Part shown: piece by piece, positions 32,630 to 36,610 of the stretch
Numbering within the stretch: the first letter of the stretch is position 1
How the letters are laid out: each line of letters begins with the position of its first letter
Source: a virus
Length of the DNA: 36,610 nucleotides
Direction: 5' to 3' (one strand)
Virus record (IMG/VR): IMGVR_UViG_3300008213_000001
Program-made: the position numbers and the translations under genes
The notes under the pieces: model-generated
Told to the model about the DNA's origin: nothing
The model's database searches: none
What the model saw: the letters and a program-made list of their open reading frames with translations, nothing else

Positions 32630-32917
32630 ATGAATCTAAATGAAGTTGCAAACAAACTCGCTATCCAAACAACCATCAATAGTCTGTTCGCTTTGGCGTT
32701 GGATAGCTCAGACGTCATCAGTATTCGTATCGAGTACTCATCAAAAATGAGCCTTCTCAACGTGATTGTGTTCGACGAAAACACAACGAATCACGCTCAC
32801 AACGTTGTGTTGATTGATAAAGAGCGTGCGCTTGAAGAGCTATTGAACATTGAAGATTACCTGATTGAACGCATTGCTGTTCGCCGTGATCAAATTGAAT
32901 CGGAGGATGCAGCATGA
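32630..32917 (+). CDS. Early hypothetical protein (95 aa)
   Basis: AGGAG RBS. ATGA-coupled to the next gene. Confidence 0.55.
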   Translation: MNLNEVANKLAIQTTINSLFALALDSSDVISIRIEYSSKMSLLNVIVFDENTTNHAHNVVLIDKERALEELLNIEDYLIERIAVRRDQIESEDAA

Positions 32918-33135
32918 GTAATAGTTCGAGTGAAGCCAACCAGTTAATTGAAATGTTGAAAGATCGATTGGAAGAGTGTTGTGACTGCATTGAAGCTGGC
33001 TATGAGATTACGCGTTCTGCTGGATACACGACTATCGATGCAGAGTTAACGGTGGAAGGCGGGCGCTCTTTTATTGAAGAGGCGAGTCGCTACTTAGAAG
33101 AACAGGAGCGAGCTTCATGCAATACGCCGCAATAG
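32914..33135 (+). CDS. Early hypothetical protein (73 aa)
   Basis: GGAGGA RBS and translational coupling. Confidence 0.55.
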   Translation: MSNSSSEANQLIEMLKDRLEECCDCIEAGYEITRSAGYTTIDAELTVEGGRSFIEEASRYLEEQERASCNTPQ

Positions 33136-33344
33136 TGCTTTGCCCAGATGGCGGCATCATCCGCCATGAAGACACCCAACAAGTCGCCAATGCAATGGTT
33201 GGCGACTTCGACTCACTAGACCAAGCGATCGAACAAGCGTGTGTATCCCTCAGTTGCACTCATTTAACCAAAGGTGTTTTGAGCAAAGGCAATGGGAAAG
33301 GCGGCTTTATGTTGGTAACGACCCAAGAACTGGAGGCGGTATGA
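33117..33344 (+). CDS. Early hypothetical protein (75 aa)
   Basis: AGGAG RBS. Overlaps its neighbours. Confidence 0.5.
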   Translation: MQYAAIVLCPDGGIIRHEDTQQVANAMVGDFDSLDQAIEQACVSLSCTHLTKGVLSKGNGKGGFMLVTTQELEAV

Positions 33345-33580
33345 AAAATAAAAGGATCACTTCAGTTATTGTCGGTGATGATGTCATTCAAATTTTGGAA
33401 GGACGAACAAAGACATATGAAAAGTGTGCTATTGCATATTTTGCAGGGCCGGAAGGATGGGGCATAACCATGACAATTCGACTCGAAGAGGTCGAAGGTT
33501 TTCTGAAGTCTCCTGATACACAGAGACTATTTGTTAAGTTTTCGAAAGAAAAATTAGGGATAGAGTATGAACCAGTCTGA
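33341..33580 (+). CDS. Early hypothetical protein (79 aa from ATG 33341)
   Basis: GGAGG RBS. ATGA overlap with the previous stop. The ORF-track extension to 33239 is rejected. Confidence 0.5.
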   Translation: MKNKRITSVIVGDDVIQILEGRTKTYEKCAIAYFAGPEGWGITMTIRLEEVEGFLKSPDTQRLFVKFSKEKLGIEYEPV

Positions 33581-35654
33581 CCTTCTCTATATCGGCGGGG
33601 CAGTGATGCCCCTTGACCGAATCAAAAATAATGATGCCAGCTATAAAGCTGGTTTTTTAGGTTCCAAAATTTACTCAGACCAAGAACAAGCACTTCTAGA
33701 TAGTGGAATGGTCAAAAAAATAGCGATATATGACCGCGTTCCCAATCGAAAGTCTAAGCGCGAACGAGATCTTCAAGAGCGAACTGACTTCTATAAATCT
33801 GTAAATTACCTCTCGGAACACGACCGCGAAGCGGCGGCGAGAATCGCCGAAGAGTATAGGCTAGTCAAAGGGCGCAAAAGTCCGACAAAGAAATTTCGCC
33901 ACAGAAAAGACAAGCAAATTAAGCAATTGATGAGTCTGAGCAAGTCTCTACGCCCTAAAAGTATCATCAGCAATGCCGACGCCAACTTCAGCCATGATGC
34001 TTTGTATGAAACGAACGAGCGCTCCAAACCTGCCATTCTCAATCAGAATGGAAAACGAGGACAAGGCGAACCTAAAAAGATTCCTATTTCAATGCAGCTA
34101 ATGCACCGGTCTTGGAATGAAACTTATAAGTTTCAGGCGGTAACCGAAACGCCATCTAGTGCTGCGCCTTCGGAAAACAGTGGTGAGAGATTCTCGGAAA
34201 AGTTGACGTCCCGTTCTGTTTCTAAAATCTTTGAGGCAGGGGCTTACACTGCAGCTTGCCATGGTGGTTTCTCTACTTTTCTCACGCTGACTTTCACCAA
34301 GGCACAACGAATGGCCATATTCGGTGGAATGTTGGATGGAAGTGAGTGTGTCAGCATGGGGTCGCATCATCCAATAATCTATAAGCGCAACATGGTGACA
34401 GTACATCCTAAGCGTGGTGAAAAGAAAGTTGACCAACCAATCACGGATATTGGTGGAGAATACTGGCTGTTTCCAACCTTAGATAGTAAGCGTGTTAAAG
34501 CTATGAACCAGGGCAGTGTCATAGCCGGGCCGTATTGCGATCTTAAACAAAAGCCCAAGCAAGAGTTCTCGATGGAAAAAACCTTAGAGACAACGATAGG
34601 TAAAGAAGTCTCTCGTTTTCTTGATGGCGCAAAGAAAATGTATCAACGCGGCTGGGTTGCGGATCATACCATCCAAGTTGACAAAGATAGTGGACGAAAG
34701 TACTGCGACTTATCCCAGGAGAAGGTTGCTAAACATGCTCAACCCAGCGATGTTGGGCCGACTAACTTACCTGCTGATTTCCATTACATATGGGTAGCCG
34801 AGTGTCCAGCCAATGAAGATGGAGAGCCTAATCCACACGTTCATATTTTGCTACGTTGGACAGTACCAGAGCATCTCTTTAGTCCTTGGGCCAAGCGACT
34901 TGAAAAGATATGGGGGCATGGGTTTGCGAAATTAGAGCGAATCAAAAAGCCAAAAGCCGCCGGTTCTTACATTATCAAAGCAGTCGGTTATGCCGCTAAA
35001 GGTGAAAATGCTGACCAAGGGCTAATCAAGGGAAATCGATACAATATCGCGAAGTGCTCAAGAGCTCCTGCCTGGGAAACTCTTGCTTCGTTTGAAGCTG
35101 GCAATATGACCGCAATAATTAAGGAGTTAGGCTACAAACTTGAGCAATGGAAAAAGCCAATTAAGCGGCAAATCCGCAAGCTACGAAATGCCAAAGAGCA
35201 AACCATCAAGGCCAAAGCGATCGCCAAAAAGCAGCAGAAATCTGAGGAATATCAGAACAAGCTTTATCAGAGAATCATCCGTTTGGAAAAGCGGGCCGAA
35301 AAGCTGAGTCAGAACTTACATAGCAGGGGAGTGCACGTGAATACGAGCAATCGCTTCTGCATTACGTTTGAAGGAGAACTGGCTAAGGATAAAGTAGACA
35401 AGTTTATGGTTTGGGCTGCTGGTGCAAGAGGGTGGTCATTGAATTGTAGAGATCTGGACCTGAGCGATATAAAACAAGACGCGAGCCACTTCTATCAATC
35501 TGAATATCAGCGATTTAAAGAGAATCAGTCCTATTGGCAATCACTATTACATGAACCTGTACCACATATGGAAGTTGATGAAAGTGAGCTTTCTTATTGG
35601 TATAGCATTACGGCAGATTATCTCGAAGGGCGGCTTTTTCCAATATTGAGTTAG
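33567..35654 (+). CDS. Rolling-circle replication initiator (P2 gpA-like HUH endonuclease, 695 aa)
   Basis: HUH-type motif NPHVHILLRW and tyrosine motif GSYIIKAVGYAAKG. Size and position at the end of the early operon match P2 A. Confidence 0.75.
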   Translation: MNQSDLLYIGGAVMPLDRIKNNDASYKAGFLGSKIYSDQEQALLDSGMVKKIAIYDRVPNRKSKRERDLQERTDFYKSVNYLSEHDREAAARIAEEYRLVKGRKSPTKKFRHRKDKQIKQLMSLSKSLRPKSIISNADANFSHDALYETNERSKPAILNQNGKRGQGEPKKIPISMQLMHRSWNETYKFQAVTETPSSAAPSENSGERFSEKLTSRSVSKIFEAGAYTAACHGGFSTFLTLTFTKAQRMAIFGGMLDGSECVSMGSHHPIIYKRNMVTVHPKRGEKKVDQPITDIGGEYWLFPTLDSKRVKAMNQGSVIAGPYCDLKQKPKQEFSMEKTLETTIGKEVSRFLDGAKKMYQRGWVADHTIQVDKDSGRKYCDLSQEKVAKHAQPSDVGPTNLPADFHYIWVAECPANEDGEPNPHVHILLRWTVPEHLFSPWAKRLEKIWGHGFAKLERIKKPKAAGSYIIKAVGYAAKGENADQGLIKGNRYNIAKCSRAPAWETLASFEAGNMTAIIKELGYKLEQWKKPIKRQIRKLRNAKEQTIKAKAIAKKQQKSEEYQNKLYQRIIRLEKRAEKLSQNLHSRGVHVNTSNRFCITFEGELAKDKVDKFMVWAAGARGWSLNCRDLDLSDIKQDASHFYQSEYQRFKENQSYWQSLLHEPVPHMEVDESELSYWYSITADYLEGRLFPILS

Positions 35655-35838
35655 TCCGGTTTGTGTCGTCATAAGAACTTAAAGGTTAGAGTAGTGAACC
35701 GCTATTTCTTAAAGTTGATTTAAAGTGCTATTGCTTGCATAAAAATCTGAGCTGTAGGCCACATAAAGGCTATTGATTATTTGCTCGTCAGTTATGTGAA
35801 TGTTATCCAACGGCTTTGTTTGTTCGAGGGATACGAGT

Positions 35839-36570
35839 ATGAAGCATAATTTGAGTATAGTTGGACGAAAAACGAATCGTCCTAGTAATCCAACTGCAGC
35901 TGAGTTGGCCTTAGATCGTTTTGATGCGTTAGTCGACGATTTCTATAGCAAGTATCGTGTTGCCCCACCTGCGGGTGAAACTGAACAGCAAAGAGCAAAA
36001 CGATTGCAGTTTGAAGCACAAGACTTGAGGTTTTTGAAAAAAATGAGGATTGAACTCATTGCTCATGCTCGAGTTGAAGATATGCAAGCTAAGTTGCAAT
36101 CGTACTCTGCAGAAAACTTAAAAAAAAATGCGAAAGAGTTGTTCGTTGAAAAGCATCATCCGACGACGAAACTAGCTAATAACCTAACCGCTGCAGGAGA
36201 GCCTAAACCAACTAAAAACCATGAGCCTCACCATATCATTCCTGGCTCGGGAAGGTTTAGAAAAGCAGAAATGAGAGCCGCAAGATTAAATTTGCACATG
36301 CATAAAATTGGCATAAATGCGCCCGTAAATGGTGTTTGGTTAACAAATTATGCGAAGCATACGGATTTTAACTGGGAAGCACCTAAGTCTCCGGCTCACC
36401 GTTCGATCCATACATTTAATTATGAAACTTGGATTAGTTCCAAATTTTCGAAGGGTATTCCGAGTAAGCAGCACTTTGAGGCTAACTTACTTCGGGTCAA
36501 AATGGAGTTAAAGAGTGGCACCTACCCTAAAGAGGTCTTGGAAGCTAAGAATGAAGTATGGAAAGGATGA
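35839..36570 (+). CDS. Stand-alone HNH/EndoVII-superfamily AHH-type nuclease toxin (243 aa from ATG 35839)
   Basis: HEPHHIIPGSGRF...LHMHKIGINAPVNGVWL...PAHRSIHTFNY matches the xHH ... N..NG..L ... H...H pattern of the AHH nuclease family (PHH encoded at 36226-36234). GAGGGA lies 7 nt before ATG 35839. Confidence 0.7.
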   Translation: MKHNLSIVGRKTNRPSNPTAAELALDRFDALVDDFYSKYRVAPPAGETEQQRAKRLQFEAQDLRFLKKMRIELIAHARVEDMQAKLQSYSAENLKKNAKELFVEKHHPTTKLANNLTAAGEPKPTKNHEPHHIIPGSGRFRKAEMRAARLNLHMHKIGINAPVNGVWLTNYAKHTDFNWEAPKSPAHRSIHTFNYETWISSKFSKGIPSKQHFEANLLRVKMELKSGTYPKEVLEAKNEVWKG

Positions 36571-36610
36571 TGACGGTTTATAAAATTACAGATGATTTAA
36601 CTAAGTTTCA
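36488..36610. repeat. Terminal direct repeat, right copy (identical to 1-123)
   Basis: See the left copy. It contains a duplicate of the first 53 nt of the immunity-like gene (ATG at 36558). Confidence 0.95.

Larger units (their letters stand above)
1..36610. mobile_element. Complete temperate P2/186-family myovirus genome (circularly permuted; unique length 36487 bp)
   Basis: Full set of head, tail, lysis, integrase, CI/Cox/CII switch and Rep genes. The window ends overlap by 123 identical bases. Confidence 0.9.

Noticed and set aside
1-36610. Scan for CRISPR arrays, rRNA/tRNA genes, transposases or IS ends, retron-like or long tandem repeats
   Set aside because: No regularly spaced direct repeats, no rRNA- or tRNA-like structures, no DDE or serine recombinase ORFs. 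The only long repeat is the 123-bp terminal overlap.

Overview
The window is one complete, circularly permuted genome of a temperate P2/186-family myovirus. Bases 1-123 are identical to 36488-36610, so the unique length is 36487 bp. All homology statements below come from reading motifs by eye; no database search was run.

The backbone is recognisable from start to end:
- Head module: ogr, then the divergent P2-type block (portal and large terminase on the minus strand; scaffold, major capsid, small terminase and head completion on the plus strand).
- Tail and lysis: gpR/gpS-like tail completion, sheath, tube, a TraR/DksA zinc finger, a transglycosylase-type endolysin, a tail chaperone with a -1 frameshift extension that the ORF track misses, tape measure, baseplate W/J/I-like genes, and a 972-aa tail fibre carrying three Asp-box (BNR/sialidase-like) motifs, followed by hub- and spike-like genes.
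- Lysogeny and replication: a tyrosine integrase, a 186-type CI / Cox / CII switch, small early genes, and an HUH-type rolling-circle Rep.

No tRNA, rRNA, CRISPR array or transposase was seen.

The interesting content is AT-richer cargo at the positions where P2-like phages carry morons:
1. Between attP and int: a P-loop plus cytidine-deaminase fusion, an AvcD/DCD-type dCTP-depletion defence.
2. Between int and cI: a Cys-rich orphan gene, then a minus-strand block downstream of cI made of orf108, a 387-aa two-TM coiled-coil protein, a HipA-family core kinase that lacks its N-terminal subdomain, and a HipS-like/HIRAN fusion. I consider this kinase pair the best candidate for an uncharacterised system.
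3. Between rep and ogr: a stand-alone AHH/HNH nuclease with an ATGA-overlapped immunity-like gene, plus a membrane-protein/lipoprotein pair.

Three strong LexA (CTGT-N8-ACAG) boxes lie upstream of a small orf (a Tum-like antirepressor candidate), of ogr, and of int.
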